A DNA stretch of 64,000 nucleotides, from assembly GCA_014653535.1 (NCBI GenBank), contig JACWEK010000001.1:5931-69930 (forward strand), read 5' to 3'. How positions within the stretch are numbered: position 1 is the first letter of the stretch; each line of letters starts with the position of its first letter. Positions 42,483 through 52,622 of this stretch are shown in pieces. Source of the stretch: Pelagibacterales bacterium SAG-MED43. GTDB lineage: Bacteria; Pseudomonadota; Alphaproteobacteria; Pelagibacterales; Pelagibacteraceae. Under the pieces are notes generated by a model, which searched no databases, was not told the origin of the DNA, and worked only from the letters and a program-made list of their open reading frames with translations. The position numbers were made by a program, and so were the translations under genes.

Positions 42483-43135
42483 ACTCTATCACCAAATATC
42501 TTTGATCCAATTCTTACAAATGTAGATTTATGTTTTATAGCGTCCATATAATCAGCAGACATGCCCATACTAAGCTCTTCAAGACCTAACGAAGAATTTA
42601 AATTTTTCATAGAACTAAAATAAGTATTTATATCAATTCCTTGTGGGGGAATGCACATCAAGCCAATAATATTTAAATTAAGTTTAGTTTTGCATATTTC
42701 ATAAAAATTAAATAGCTCCTCGGTATTTACTCCTCCCTTTTGTTTTTCATTTCCAATATTTACTTGAATAAATAATTTTAAATTTTTATTTTTTTTCTTT
42801 TGTTCTATGAAGATCTTCTCCGCCAACTCTAAACTATCTAAAGAATGAATATAATCAAATAGAGGAATTACATACTTAACTTTATTTTTTTGCAATTTGC
42901 CAATCATATGTAATTTCAAATTTTCATTTGAAGTTTTTAAAGCTGTCCACTTATTAACTGCTTCTTGAACTTTATTTTCACCAAAATGAATATGTCCATC
43001 ATCAATTAAAGGGGTTATTTTATCCATCTTAAAAGTTTTTGTTACAGCAATTATTTTAACAGAATTATTATCATTAATATTTTTTGAATATATTTCTTCC
43101 TTAATTTCTTGTAGATTTGTTAAACTATTATGCAT
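42479..43135 (-). CDS. yggS: Pyridoxal phosphate homeostasis protein YggS
   Basis: IAVTKT, FGENKVQE, HMIGKLQ, GLMCIPP, LSMGMSADY, VRIGS. Confidence 0.95.
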   Translation of the reverse strand: MHNSLTNLQEIKEEIYSKNINDNNSVKIIAVTKTFKMDKITPLIDDGHIHFGENKVQEAVNKWTALKTSNENLKLHMIGKLQKNKVKYVIPLFDYIHSLDSLELAEKIFIEQKKKNKNLKLFIQVNIGNEKQKGGVNTEELFNFYEICKTKLNLNIIGLMCIPPQGIDINTYFSSMKNLNSSLGLEELSMGMSADYMDAIKHKSTFVRIGSKIFGDRV

Positions 43136-43669
43136 TTTGTGAAGACTAATTTATATACCTTTATAGATGATTTTAATGAAAAAAAAATTTTGAGTTTAAA
43201 AAAAAATAATAGTGTCATATATAGAAACTATCAAAAGAAATTAGATTTAAGAACAGTAATAAAATTTAATAAACTGTGCAAAAAGAACAGATTAAAATTA
43301 TATTTAGCAAATAATATAAAACTTGCGTTACAAGCTAACCTGGATGGGGCCTATATACCATCATTTAATAGGAGTCTTAATTTAAATAATTATAGAAATA
43401 ATAGAAAAAATTTCACAATTCTGGGTTCAGCTCATAACATTGTAGAACTTAAATTTAAGGAAAAACAGGGAGTAGATTTCATTTTTTTATCACCTTTATT
43501 TTTAACGAAAAATTATCAAAATAATTTGGGTATTATAAAATTTAATCTAATTTCAAAGGAAACAAAAAAACCAATAATTGCACTTGGAGGTATTAGAAAA
43601 AATAATCTAAATAAAATTAAGTTAATTAAAGCAGTTGGTTTATCTGGTATAACCTTATTTAACTCATGA
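43130..43669 (+). CDS. Thiamine phosphate synthase / TenI-like TIM-barrel protein
   Basis: GSAHN, FLSPLF, IIALGGI motifs of the ThiE/TenI family; divergent sequence, activity uncertain. Confidence 0.75.
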   Translation: MHFVKTNLYTFIDDFNEKKILSLKKNNSVIYRNYQKKLDLRTVIKFNKLCKKNRLKLYLANNIKLALQANLDGAYIPSFNRSLNLNNYRNNRKNFTILGSAHNIVELKFKEKQGVDFIFLSPLFLTKNYQNNLGIIKFNLISKETKKPIIALGGIRKNNLNKIKLIKAVGLSGITLFNS

Positions 43670-43670
43670 T

Positions 43671-45221
43671 ATGAAAAATAATTTTTCAAAAAAAACAATC
43701 CAAATTTTAATTAATAATTTTAATGCGAACAATAACAAATTTGTTATTTCTAAAACGAAAAATTATTTAAAAAAATTCCCTCGCGCTGCAATTTTATACA
43801 ATCTTTTGGGTTCCTCTTATCAAAAAATAGGTCAACAGAATGAAGCCATTAATGTATTTAATGCTGGCTTAAAAATTCATCCAAATAACTTTTCTTTTTC
43901 TAACAATCTTGGGAACTCTTACAAATATTTGCTTAATTATAATAAAGCAGAAATGATATTTGATGAAATAATAAAAGAAAATCCACAATATGTAAACGCT
44001 TACATAAACTTAGGTAATTTAAAAAGAGATGTGAATAATTTTGATGAAGCTATAAAATTATATGAAAAAGCTAATAAAATTTCTCCAAATAATCACCTCA
44101 TCTTATATTTATTGGCGTTAGCCCATCAAGGTATAGGTAATTTTCAAACTGCAATAAATTATTCAAAAGAAGTTTTATCTTTAAACCCTAAATTTACAAA
44201 AGCTGATTATCTTATTAGTCAGTCAATAAAATACAAAAATGATAACTGGCATTATAAAGATTTAGAAAAAAAAATAGAGAATAAAAATTTTGGAGATACA
44301 GAAAAAATAAATTTATATTTTTCAATGGCTAAAGCAAATGAAGACATGAATAAAATTGAAGAGTCTTTTAAATTTCTAAAACTTGGAAATACTTTAAGCA
44401 AAACTTTAAATAAATATGACTTAAATGAGGATAGAAAATTATTTGAAAATATAAAAAAAGTTTTTAAAGATATTAACCTTCATTCATTCCATAATAGTGG
44501 GCCTATTAAAGTTATTTTCGTTTTAGGGATGCCCAGATCTGGCACATCTCTTGTGGAACAAATTATAAGCTCACATGATAATGTGATTGGAGGAGGTGAA
44601 ATGCCAATCTTGCCAAATATAATAAAAAAAAACTTTTTAAACGATAATTTATTAAAAAATAATTCTGTTGTAGAAATTATTAATAACTCATTTGAAAGAC
44701 AAAATATTCTAAATCAGTATAAAAATTATGTAAATTATTTTAGTATCGGCGAAAAATACATTGTAGATAAATCTTTATTAAATTTTTTTTGGATTGGTTT
44801 TATTAAAATATTTTTCCCAAGTGCAAAAATAATTCACTGCTTTAGAGAGCCTAAAAATAATTGTCTTTCAATATATAAAACTCTTTTTGAGGAAAGCTTG
44901 AAATTTTCATATGATCAAGATGATTTAATTGAATTTTATAAGATGTATCAAGATTTAATGAAATTCTGGCAGACTGAAAAAAATATAAATTTAATAAATG
45001 TAAGTTACGAGTCTTTAATTGCCAACAATGAAACTGAGATTAAAAGAATTATTAAAGAATGTGATCTAAATTGGAATGATAAATGTTTATTACATCACAA
45101 AAACAAAAACCCCGTAAAAACTATGAGCACTTCTCAAGCAAGACAACCTATATACAAAACCTCAATCAATAACTTTGGTAAATATAAAATTTTCTTAAAT
45201 AAGATTAATGATCGCCTATAA
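43671..45221 (+). CDS. TPR-repeat-containing sulfotransferase
   Basis: Several TPRs (NLLG, NNLG, INLG); PAPS-binding GMPRSGTSLVEQ, DKSLLN, IIHCFREP, TMSTSQARQPIY. Confidence 0.9.
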   Translation: MKNNFSKKTIQILINNFNANNNKFVISKTKNYLKKFPRAAILYNLLGSSYQKIGQQNEAINVFNAGLKIHPNNFSFSNNLGNSYKYLLNYNKAEMIFDEIIKENPQYVNAYINLGNLKRDVNNFDEAIKLYEKANKISPNNHLILYLLALAHQGIGNFQTAINYSKEVLSLNPKFTKADYLISQSIKYKNDNWHYKDLEKKIENKNFGDTEKINLYFSMAKANEDMNKIEESFKFLKLGNTLSKTLNKYDLNEDRKLFENIKKVFKDINLHSFHNSGPIKVIFVLGMPRSGTSLVEQIISSHDNVIGGGEMPILPNIIKKNFLNDNLLKNNSVVEIINNSFERQNILNQYKNYVNYFSIGEKYIVDKSLLNFFWIGFIKIFFPSAKIIHCFREPKNNCLSIYKTLFEESLKFSYDQDDLIEFYKMYQDLMKFWQTEKNINLINVSYESLIANNETEIKRIIKECDLNWNDKCLLHHKNKNPVKTMSTSQARQPIYKTSINNFGKYKIFLNKINDRL

Positions 45222-45254
45222 AAAAAGCCCCAACTCTAAGAGTCAGGGCTTTTT
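45222..45254 (-). terminator. Intrinsic (probably bidirectional) terminator downstream of the porin
   Basis: AAAAAGCCC-CAACTCTAAGAGTCA-GGGCTTTTT; the stem pairs fully on the minus strand through two G-U pairs and has T-tracts on both strands. Confidence 0.85.
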
Positions 45255-45275
45255 AAGAATTAACTTTTTGCTTAA

Positions 45276-46259
45276 TTAAAATGCAAAAGATAATTTAATT
45301 TCTGTGTCAACGTCTTCTGCTGTAGCAACACCACCAAGTTTTTTACCTTCGTTTCTGTTACCAGCAATTTTCATTGATCCCATAGTGAATGATACACCTA
45401 CACCATCAACTTCTTCTTCAACTGTAGCTGCCGTAGTTGATGAAAATTCAGTATTTTTTTCACCATAAGAGATAGCAAAGTTTTCGTTTACGTTGAAAGC
45501 TATAGAGTAGATATCAGCTTCTTGTTCTGTTGCTCCAGCTGCACCACCTGTAATTTCGTTTCTTTGGAAACCAACGCTTACAGATCCCATTGCATATGTA
45601 GCAAAAATTGCTGTATCTTCATTGTCATCAACACCAGCGCCAGCTTCGGTTTCACCGTAACCACCACCAATTGTTAATCCATCCACACCAAGTGTGTCTC
45701 CAGATACAACTAAACCTACACTGTATCCTCCACCTTCACCTGATCCAGATGTAGCACCATCAGCATTGTTAGTAGCTGATCCTACTCCGTATGCAGCATC
45801 GATTGTCATACCGCCAACACTTTTTACGTATTGGATTCTACCGCTACTTCCAAGAGTACCTACTAAACCACTAGCTGAAGTGTCTAGACCATCCCAAACT
45901 TCTTCGTTCGCTTTAGGCGTCATGTCATCGTAGTTTGCAAGTCCTGATCCAGATCCTTGGTCAAATGCAATTTTACCCAAGTCACCCATATCAACAGATA
46001 ATTTAGCAGAGTCCATTCCGCCAGCTTGCTCACCCATGTTCATCATGTAAGAAACAGCATAACCGTTATCCATCTCACCAGATATGTTCATGTTAAATTC
46101 ATTATCCATACCTAATGGGTTACCAGTTACTTCTGTCGTATCTTGATTAGTGTATGTTACTGCTAGACTTCCAGTTACTGATACGTCAGCTGCATTCGCT
46201 GAACAAACTGCAAGTGATCCAGCTAAAGCAGATACACCTATTTTTTTAAAGTTATTCAT
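45276..46259 (-). CDS. Outer membrane porin (Gram-negative porin family)
   Basis: Signal peptide ending ANA-A, Gly/acidic-rich amphipathic beta-strands, C-terminal LSFAF beta-signal, strong AAGGAG ribosome-binding site, own terminator. Confidence 0.85.
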   Translation of the reverse strand: MNNFKKIGVSALAGSLAVCSANAADVSVTGSLAVTYTNQDTTEVTGNPLGMDNEFNMNISGEMDNGYAVSYMMNMGEQAGGMDSAKLSVDMGDLGKIAFDQGSGSGLANYDDMTPKANEEVWDGLDTSASGLVGTLGSSGRIQYVKSVGGMTIDAAYGVGSATNNADGATSGSGEGGGYSVGLVVSGDTLGVDGLTIGGGYGETEAGAGVDDNEDTAIFATYAMGSVSVGFQRNEITGGAAGATEQEADIYSIAFNVNENFAISYGEKNTEFSSTTAATVEEEVDGVGVSFTMGSMKIAGNRNEGKKLGGVATAEDVDTEIKLSFAF

Positions 46260-46455
46260 AAAACTCCTTTGTTATTTTTCATATATGAATGGCTCGAAAT
46301 TAACCCAAATACAGAAAAAACCTCATTTTATTTCATATTTATATCGAAATTATATTATACTGTTGCTTTTTTATCACACTATTTAATTAGCAATATGGGT
46401 GAAATGAGTTAAATACGTCTTTAATTTCAACCTATAAAGTTTTATTTAAAATCTT

Positions 46456-46992
46456 ATGAAATTTATATCTATTATAATAATTTGCATTTTATTACTCAAT
46501 TCCTGTGGAATTTATAGACCTACAGACGCAAGAGAAATTTCTCCTAATGCAGACGAAAGAGTTAAAAAAAATATTGAAGAAGGTAAAGGATTTAGACTTA
46601 TGGGATTGAAAAATAAAGGTAGTGGAAATTTCTTATTTGCTTCATCTAATCCACTGTGGAGAGCAAGTTTGGATAAACTTGCATTTGTGCCTTTAAATGT
46701 TGTTGATTACAGTGGTGGAGTAATTATTACAGACTGGTATAGTGATAACACTGAAAATGAGATAAAAATTACAGTTAGATTTTTATCTAATGAAATAAGA
46801 TCAGATGCGTTAAAAGTTATTATACATAAAAAAAATTGTGAGACTTTTAATAATTGTTCAATTTCAGAAATTAACAACTCTACCAATAATGAAATTCGAT
46901 TAGCAATTCTAAAAAAAGCAGCTGAAATAGAAAAAAGTGATATAGCCATTAATAAAAAAAAGGTTGGTGACTACAAAATTAATAAAAATTAA
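46456..46992 (+). CDS. DUF3576-like lipoprotein
   Basis: Lipobox LNSC, NPLWRASL..L.F.PL..D..GGVIITDWY; conserved position upstream of leuS. Confidence 0.8.
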   Translation: MKFISIIIICILLLNSCGIYRPTDAREISPNADERVKKNIEEGKGFRLMGLKNKGSGNFLFASSNPLWRASLDKLAFVPLNVVDYSGGVIITDWYSDNTENEIKITVRFLSNEIRSDALKVIIHKKNCETFNNCSISEINNSTNNEIRLAILKKAAEIEKSDIAINKKKVGDYKINKN

Positions 46993-47005
46993 AATTTAAA
47001 ACTAA

Positions 47006-49555
47006 ATGTCTGATGTGCCTAGATATAATTTTAAATTGATAGAAAATAAGTGGCAAAGCTTTTGGCAAAAAAATAAAACTTTTTCATCCAAGATAAATCC
47101 TCAAAAACCAAAATTTTATTGTCTTGAAATGTTTCCTTATCCTTCGGGAAGAATACATATGGGGCATGTAAGAAATTATGCTATTGGTGATGTGTTATCT
47201 CGTTATAAATCATTATGCGGGTATAACGTTTTGCACCCAATGGGTTGGGACTCTTTTGGTATGCCAGCAGAAAATGCTGCTAAGCAAAATAATATAAATC
47301 CTAAATCTTGGACAGAACAAAATATTAAGAACATGAAAACTCAGCTCAAACAACTTGGTTTGTCAATTGACTGGGATAGAGAAATCTCAACATGCTCATC
47401 TGAGTATTATAAACATCAACAAAAACTTTTTTTAGAACTATATGATAAAGGATTGGTGTATCGAAAAGAAAGTTATGTAAACTGGGACCCGATTGATCAA
47501 ACTGTTTTGGCTAATGAGCAAGTTATAGATGGTAAGGGGTGGAGATCTGGAGCAATTGTAGAAAGAAAAAAATTAAACCAGTGGTTCTTTAAAATAACAC
47601 ACTTTTCAGAGGAATTACTTAAAGAATTAGAGGCTTTAAAAGAATGGCCTAAAAAAGTTAAAACTATGCAAAAGAACTGGATAGGTAAGTCTTTTGGTTG
47701 TGAAGTTGATTTTAAAATTGAGGGACCAAAAGATGTTAAGACTATAAAATGTTACACAACTAGACCTGACACTTTATTTGGACTTTCATTTTTAGCTTTA
47801 TCAATTGATCATCCTGTCTCTAAATATTATTTAGATAATGAAAATTTTATAAAATTTAAAAAAGAATGCTCAAAAGCTGGGACAACAGAAGAAGCTATTG
47901 CTCAAGCAAAAAAAATTGGTTTTAAAACTGATCTAACAGCTTTAAATCCATTTAACAAAAATATAAAAGTTCCAGTATTTTTTGCCAATTTTGTGTTAAT
48001 GGATTATGGACTTGGGGCTGTTTTTGGATGTCCTGCTCATGACCAAAGAGATTTTGATTTTGCAAAAAAATATAATCTTAATATAAAAACAGTTGTAAAA
48101 CCAAATGATGCAGATGAAACTTATCAAGTGAAAGAAGAGGCTTATACCGGATCAGGCGTTTTATTTAACTCTGATTTTTTAAATGGTCTGAAAGTGCCAG
48201 AGGAGGCTATTTCAAAAACAATTGATTTGCTAGAGGAAAAGAAATTAGGAACAAGAAAAACTAATTATAGATTGAAGGACTGGGGGGTGTCTAGACAAAG
48301 ATATTGGGGTTGTCCTATTCCAATTGCATACGATGAACAAAATAATATTGTTAAAATTCCTTTAGATCAACTACCAGTAAAATTACCCCAAAACGTAAAT
48401 ATAAATACGAATGGAAACCCATTAGACAAAGAAAATAATTGGAAAAACATTATCATAGACGGAAAAAAATGTGTAAGAGAAACAGATACATTAGATACTT
48501 TTGTTGACTCATCATGGTATTTTTTAAGATTTTGCTCATCTAATAATGAAATAGAGCCATTTGATAAAAAAGAAATTAATTATTGGATGCCTGTGGATCA
48601 ATATATTGGGGGAGTAGAGCACGCTATTTTGCACCTTTTGTATTCTAGGTTTTTCATGAGGGCTATAAGTTTAGAAAATGAGGAGATACAGTTAAAAGAA
48701 CCATTTAAAGGTCTTTTCACTCAAGGAATGGTTTGCCATGAAACTTACAAAGATGAAAATAATAATTGGCTTTATCCCAATGAAGTTTTTTCTGAAAATG
48801 GAAAAGAATATTTTTTATCAAAAAATCCAAATCAAAAAATAAAAATTGGTCCCTCTGAGTCAATGTCTAAATCAAAAAAAAATACGATCGATCCAGAAGT
48901 AATGATTAGCCAATATGGCGCTGACGCAGTAAGATTTTTTATCTTATCAGATAGTCCACCCGAAAAGGATGTTCAATGGTCTGATGAAGGAATGATTTCA
49001 TCTTTTAAATTTATACAAAAATTTTGGTCGCTAAATGAAAAAATAATTGAAATAACCAAGTTACAGAGTTTTTCTAATAATTCAGAATTAGATATTTTTA
49101 CAAATCGAGCAATAAATAAAATTGATCAGGCTTTAGAAAAATTTAGGTATAACTTAATTATAGCTACGTGTCATGAAATATATTCTTTTTTTAATAAGAT
49201 AGCTGATTCAAAGAAAAATTTTAAAAATTTGAGAGATAATTTTGAAAAAGTTTTGATTATTATGTTGCCCGTGATGCCACACATATCAAATGAATGCCTT
49301 GATAAACTTAATCATAAGAATACCATTAAATGGCCAGAGGTTTCAAAAGAAAACTTAGTAGATGAGAAAATTGAGCTAGTTATTCAAATTAATGGTAAGA
49401 AAAAATATACAATTCAAGTTGAAAAAGATATCGATGAAGAGAAAGCAACAAAAAAAATAAATCAAGCTAGTTTGTTAAAAAAATATGATAATACTAAAAA
49501 ACTTATTAGAACTATTTATATTAAAAATAGACTAATTAACTATATTTATAAATAA
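47006..49555 (+). CDS. leuS: Leucine--tRNA ligase
   Basis: [19 protein letters not shown] editing domain, [24 protein letters not shown]. Confidence 0.98.
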   Translation: MSDVPRYNFKLIENKWQSFWQKNKTFSSKINPQKPKFYCLEMFPYPSGRIHMGHVRNYAIGDVLSRYKSLCGYNVLHPMGWDSFGMPAENAAKQNNINPKSWTEQNIKNMKTQLKQLGLSIDWDREISTCSSEYYKHQQKLFLELYDKGLVYRKESYVNWDPIDQTVLANEQVIDGKGWRSGAIVERKKLNQWFFKITHFSEELLKELEALKEWPKKVKTMQKNWIGKSFGCEVDFKIEGPKDVKTIKCYTTRPDTLFGLSFLALSIDHPVSKYYLDNENFIKFKKECSKAGTTEEAIAQAKKIGFKTDLTALNPFNKNIKVPVFFANFVLMDYGLGAVFGCPAHDQRDFDFAKKYNLNIKTVVKPNDADETYQVKEEAYTGSGVLFNSDFLNGLKVPEEAISKTIDLLEEKKLGTRKTNYRLKDWGVSRQRYWGCPIPIAYDEQNNIVKIPLDQLPVKLPQNVNINTNGNPLDKENNWKNIIIDGKKCVRETDTLDTFVDSSWYFLRFCSSNNEIEPFDKKEINYWMPVDQYIGGVEHAILHLLYSRFFMRAISLENEEIQLKEPFKGLFTQGMVCHETYKDENNNWLYPNEVFSENGKEYFLSKNPNQKIKIGPSESMSKSKKNTIDPEVMISQYGADAVRFFILSDSPPEKDVQWSDEGMISSFKFIQKFWSLNEKIIEITKLQSFSNNSELDIFTNRAINKIDQALEKFRYNLIIATCHEIYSFFNKIADSKKNFKNLRDNFEKVLIIMLPVMPHISNECLDKLNHKNTIKWPEVSKENLVDEKIELVIQINGKKKYTIQVEKDIDEEKATKKINQASLLKKYDNTKKLIRTIYIKNRLINYIYK

Positions 49556-49557
49556 GT

Positions 49558-50004
49558 ATGAAAAAAATAATAATAATTATATTTTTACTTTTTACAATAA
49601 GTTGTGGTTACAAACCAATATACTCAAGTAATGATCAATTAATTCTAAAATTTGATAAAATTATCTCAAGTGGTGATGAAAAAATAAATAGGCAAATCAT
49701 CAATATACTTGGTCTAGAAGAAGATGCGTCAAGTAAACATGAATTATTATTAACAACAACCTATAACATAGAAAAAACTTCTAAAAACCTCAAAGGTGAA
49801 GTTGAAACGTACCGGTCTATAATTAAAACACAACTAAAAATAAAAAAAGGTGAAAGAATTGTAAAAAGTAAAAATTTCTTAAATGAATTTTCTTACAATA
49901 ATAAGGATAATAAATATGAACTTACAAAATATCAAAATGAAATTAAGAGTAATTTAGTCAATGATTTGTCAGGAGAAATTATTTTATTTTTAAAACTATT
50001 ATGA
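49558..50004 (+). CDS. lptE: LPS assembly lipoprotein LptE-like
   Basis: Lipobox ISCGYKPIY and the conserved leuS-lptE-holA order. Confidence 0.75.
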   Translation: MKKIIIIIFLLFTISCGYKPIYSSNDQLILKFDKIISSGDEKINRQIINILGLEEDASSKHELLLTTTYNIEKTSKNLKGEVETYRSIIKTQLKIKKGERIVKSKNFLNEFSYNNKDNKYELTKYQNEIKSNLVNDLSGEIILFLKLL

Positions 50005-51002
50005 TTGTAAAACTCTTGGATCTGAGTAAAAATTTAACACATACTCAAAAATTTTATCTATTATATGGCACAAATACTGGTCAAATTGATGAAACTATAA
50101 ACAACATTTTAAAGCCAAAATTATCAAAAAATATTTATAACTATGATGAAAGTGAGATAATTGCTAACGCTAATGAATTTGAAGAAGATATTTTAAATAG
50201 TTCATTTTTTGACGATGATAAATTAATAATTATAAATCGTGGATCTGATAAAATTTTAAGTGTAATTGAAAGTTTAATCTCAAAAAAAATATCAGAGACT
50301 ACAATTATCATTAAAGCAAATATTTTAGAAAAAAAATCAAAACTAAGAAACTTTTTTGAAAAAAATAAAGAGACTATTTGCACGCCATTTTATGATGATA
50401 ATTATCAATCTTTGTTACTAATTGCACAAAATTTTTTTTCAAAAAATAAAATTAAAATTTCAATACAAAACATTAACCTTATCTTAGAAAGATCTAAAAA
50501 GAATAGGATCTATCTTAAAAATGAATTAGAAAAAATTAAAATATTTTATCAAAAAAAATCATCAATCGAATATGAGGACATTGTAAAACTTACCAACTCA
50601 GCTGAAAACTATAATATATCTGAGCTAACCGATAAATGTCTCATGAGAAATAAAAAAAAAACGATCAATATATTAAATGAGAATATATCTACACCGGAAG
50701 ATAATATTTTAATTTTAAGATCTCTTTTGTTTAAACTAAAGAGACTAAAAAAACTTAAGGAAGAAATTAAAAAACAAAAAAATCAAGAACAAGTTATTTC
50801 TTCATTTAGACCAACAATTTTTTGGAAAGACAAAGATATTATTAAACAACAACTCAAAGTTTTAACTATAGAAGATATAAAAGTATTTTTAAAAAAGATT
50901 AATAATTTAGAAATCATAATAAAACAAAATTCAAATTTATCTAATGAGATTACTAATAATTTTATCCTAGAAACAATAAATTATTCTAATAATTCAATTT
51001 AA
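50001..51002 (+). CDS. holA: DNA polymerase III delta subunit
   Basis: YLLYG, SFF..KLIII, KSKLRNFFE, NELEKI, PTIFWK; synteny. Confidence 0.88.
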   Translation: MIVKLLDLSKNLTHTQKFYLLYGTNTGQIDETINNILKPKLSKNIYNYDESEIIANANEFEEDILNSSFFDDDKLIIINRGSDKILSVIESLISKKISETTIIIKANILEKKSKLRNFFEKNKETICTPFYDDNYQSLLLIAQNFFSKNKIKISIQNINLILERSKKNRIYLKNELEKIKIFYQKKSSIEYEDIVKLTNSAENYNISELTDKCLMRNKKKTINILNENISTPEDNILILRSLLFKLKRLKKLKEEIKKQKNQEQVISSFRPTIFWKDKDIIKQQLKVLTIEDIKVFLKKINNLEIIIKQNSNLSNEITNNFILETINYSNNSI

Positions 51003-51828
51003 TTATTTCAATTAATTTGTTTAATTGGTCGATTTCTTTAAAGGAAAATGAAATTGTTCCTTTATTTCTTTTATTACTTTTAATGACTACACTTAATCCA
51101 ATTTTTTCTGATAAAGATTTTTCTAAATCAATTATATTTATATCCTTCTGACTTTTTGTTTTACCTTTTTTATTTTTAAATATTTTAACTAAATTTTCAG
51201 CCTGTCTCACTGAAAGTTTATTATCAAAAATTTTTTTCCCCAAAAAACTAGCATTTTCCAATCCAACTAAAATTTTTGCATGACCTGCTGAAATTTTTTG
51301 TTCTTCTAATAATTGCATTACATCATTAGGAAGAGTCAAAAGTCTAAGGGAGTTAGAAATGTGACTTCTGCTTTTTCCAATAAACTTAGAAACCTTTTCT
51401 TGATCATACGAAAAATCATCTATCAATCGCTTATACCCTTGAGCCTCTTCTAGTGGATTTAGATCATGTCTTTGTACATTTTCTACGATTGCAAATTCTA
51501 AAGATTTTAAATCATCAGCCTGGGTGACTAATACTGGGACATTATGAAGACCAGCTTTTTGGGCAGCAAGCCATCTTCTCTCACCTGCTATTATTTCAAA
51601 TTTAGATTTATCATCATTTGATTTTCTAACGATAATTGGCTGTATCATACCTCTTTCTTTTATTGAATTAGTTAATTCTTCTAAATTAGTCTCGTCAAAA
51701 TTTTTTCTTGGTTGATATTTGTTTCGAATTAAATCAGAGACTAATAATTGATTATTTTGAGACTCAACTTTAGTTTCGCCAATTAGTGATGATAAGCCTC
51801 GTCCTAAACCTTTTTTTATTTTATTCAT
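50986..51828 (-). CDS. parB: Chromosome partitioning protein ParB
   Basis: GLGRGL, QPRKNF, GMIQPI, AGERRWLA, ENVQRHDL, HTH GKSRSHISN. Confidence 0.97.
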   Translation of the reverse strand: MNKIKKGLGRGLSSLIGETKVESQNNQLLVSDLIRNKYQPRKNFDETNLEELTNSIKERGMIQPIIVRKSNDDKSKFEIIAGERRWLAAQKAGLHNVPVLVTQADDLKSLEFAIVENVQRHDLNPLEEAQGYKRLIDDFSYDQEKVSKFIGKSRSHISNSLRLLTLPNDVMQLLEEQKISAGHAKILVGLENASFLGKKIFDNKLSVRQAENLVKIFKNKKGKTKSQKDINIIDLEKSLSEKIGLSVVIKSNKRNKGTISFSFKEIDQLNKLIEIIKLNY

Positions 51829-52622
51829 TAAGCAGCGCTCCCTATTGTTGATTCTTGACTTATGAACTCATCAGTAAAATTAAAATAAGATTTGCTTCCA
51901 GGACACAATTTATCATAAATTAAAACTGGCATCCCATGTGAAGGGGCTTCAGACAGTCTTACATTTCTAGGAATTACAGTAGAATAAACTATCTCATTAA
52001 AATGATCTCTAGCTTCTTTCTCAACTTGAGATGAAAGCTTATTTCGTTTGTCATACATTGTTAAAAGAATGCCTCTTATTTTCAAATCTGGATTTAAACT
52101 TATTTTTATTCTTTCAATTGTTTTCATGAGTTGGGTTAAACCCTCGAGAGCGAAAAATTCAGTTTGCAAGGGCACTAGAAGTGAATTTGAACTTACAAGA
52201 GCCATCACGGTCAGTAAACTCAGTGAGGGAGGACAATCGATGAGAACATAATCATAAGATCCTCTAGAATTGTTTAAATATGCGGTTAATTTCACCTTCA
52301 ATATAAAGGCCCTATTACTATCATCAGCTGTTTCAACTTCCAATCCAGATAAGTCTACATTCGAGGTAATAATATCTAGATTTTCAAACTCTGTTCTTTT
52401 AATTATCTCACCAATCTCTTTGGTTCCATTTAACACCCCATAAATTGTATCACTTGAGTTTTCCATGTTTGACAGCCCTAGACCTGTTGTTGCATTTCCT
52501 TGTGGATCAAGATCAATTACTAAAATTTTTTTATTTTGTTGAGACAATCCAGCTGCGAGATTTATTACTGTAGTTGTTTTCCCTACCCCTCCCTTTTGAT
52601 TAATAACTGAAATTATTTGCAT
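51828..52622 (-). CDS. parA: Chromosome partitioning ATPase ParA
   Basis: NQKGGVGKTTT, DLDPQGNAT, IDCPPSL, IPRNVRLSEAPS. Confidence 0.97.
   Translation of the reverse strand: MQIISVINQKGGVGKTTTVINLAAGLSQQNKKILVIDLDPQGNATTGLGLSNMENSSDTIYGVLNGTKEIGEIIKRTEFENLDIITSNVDLSGLEVETADDSNRAFILKVKLTAYLNNSRGSYDYVLIDCPPSLSLLTVMALVSSNSLLVPLQTEFFALEGLTQLMKTIERIKISLNPDLKIRGILLTMYDKRNKLSSQVEKEARDHFNEIVYSTVIPRNVRLSEAPSHGMPVLIYDKLCPGSKSYFNFTDEFISQESTIGSAA

Noticed and set aside
48855-48885. LeuRS KMSKS motif reads SMSKS
   Set aside because: The catalytically important second Lys is retained, and first-position variation is common in class I synthetases
50986-51002. Short tail-to-tail overlaps (holA/parB; also 34593-34609, 25442-25445, 42479-42482)
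   Set aside because: Ordinary in compact AT-rich genomes; no sign of added function
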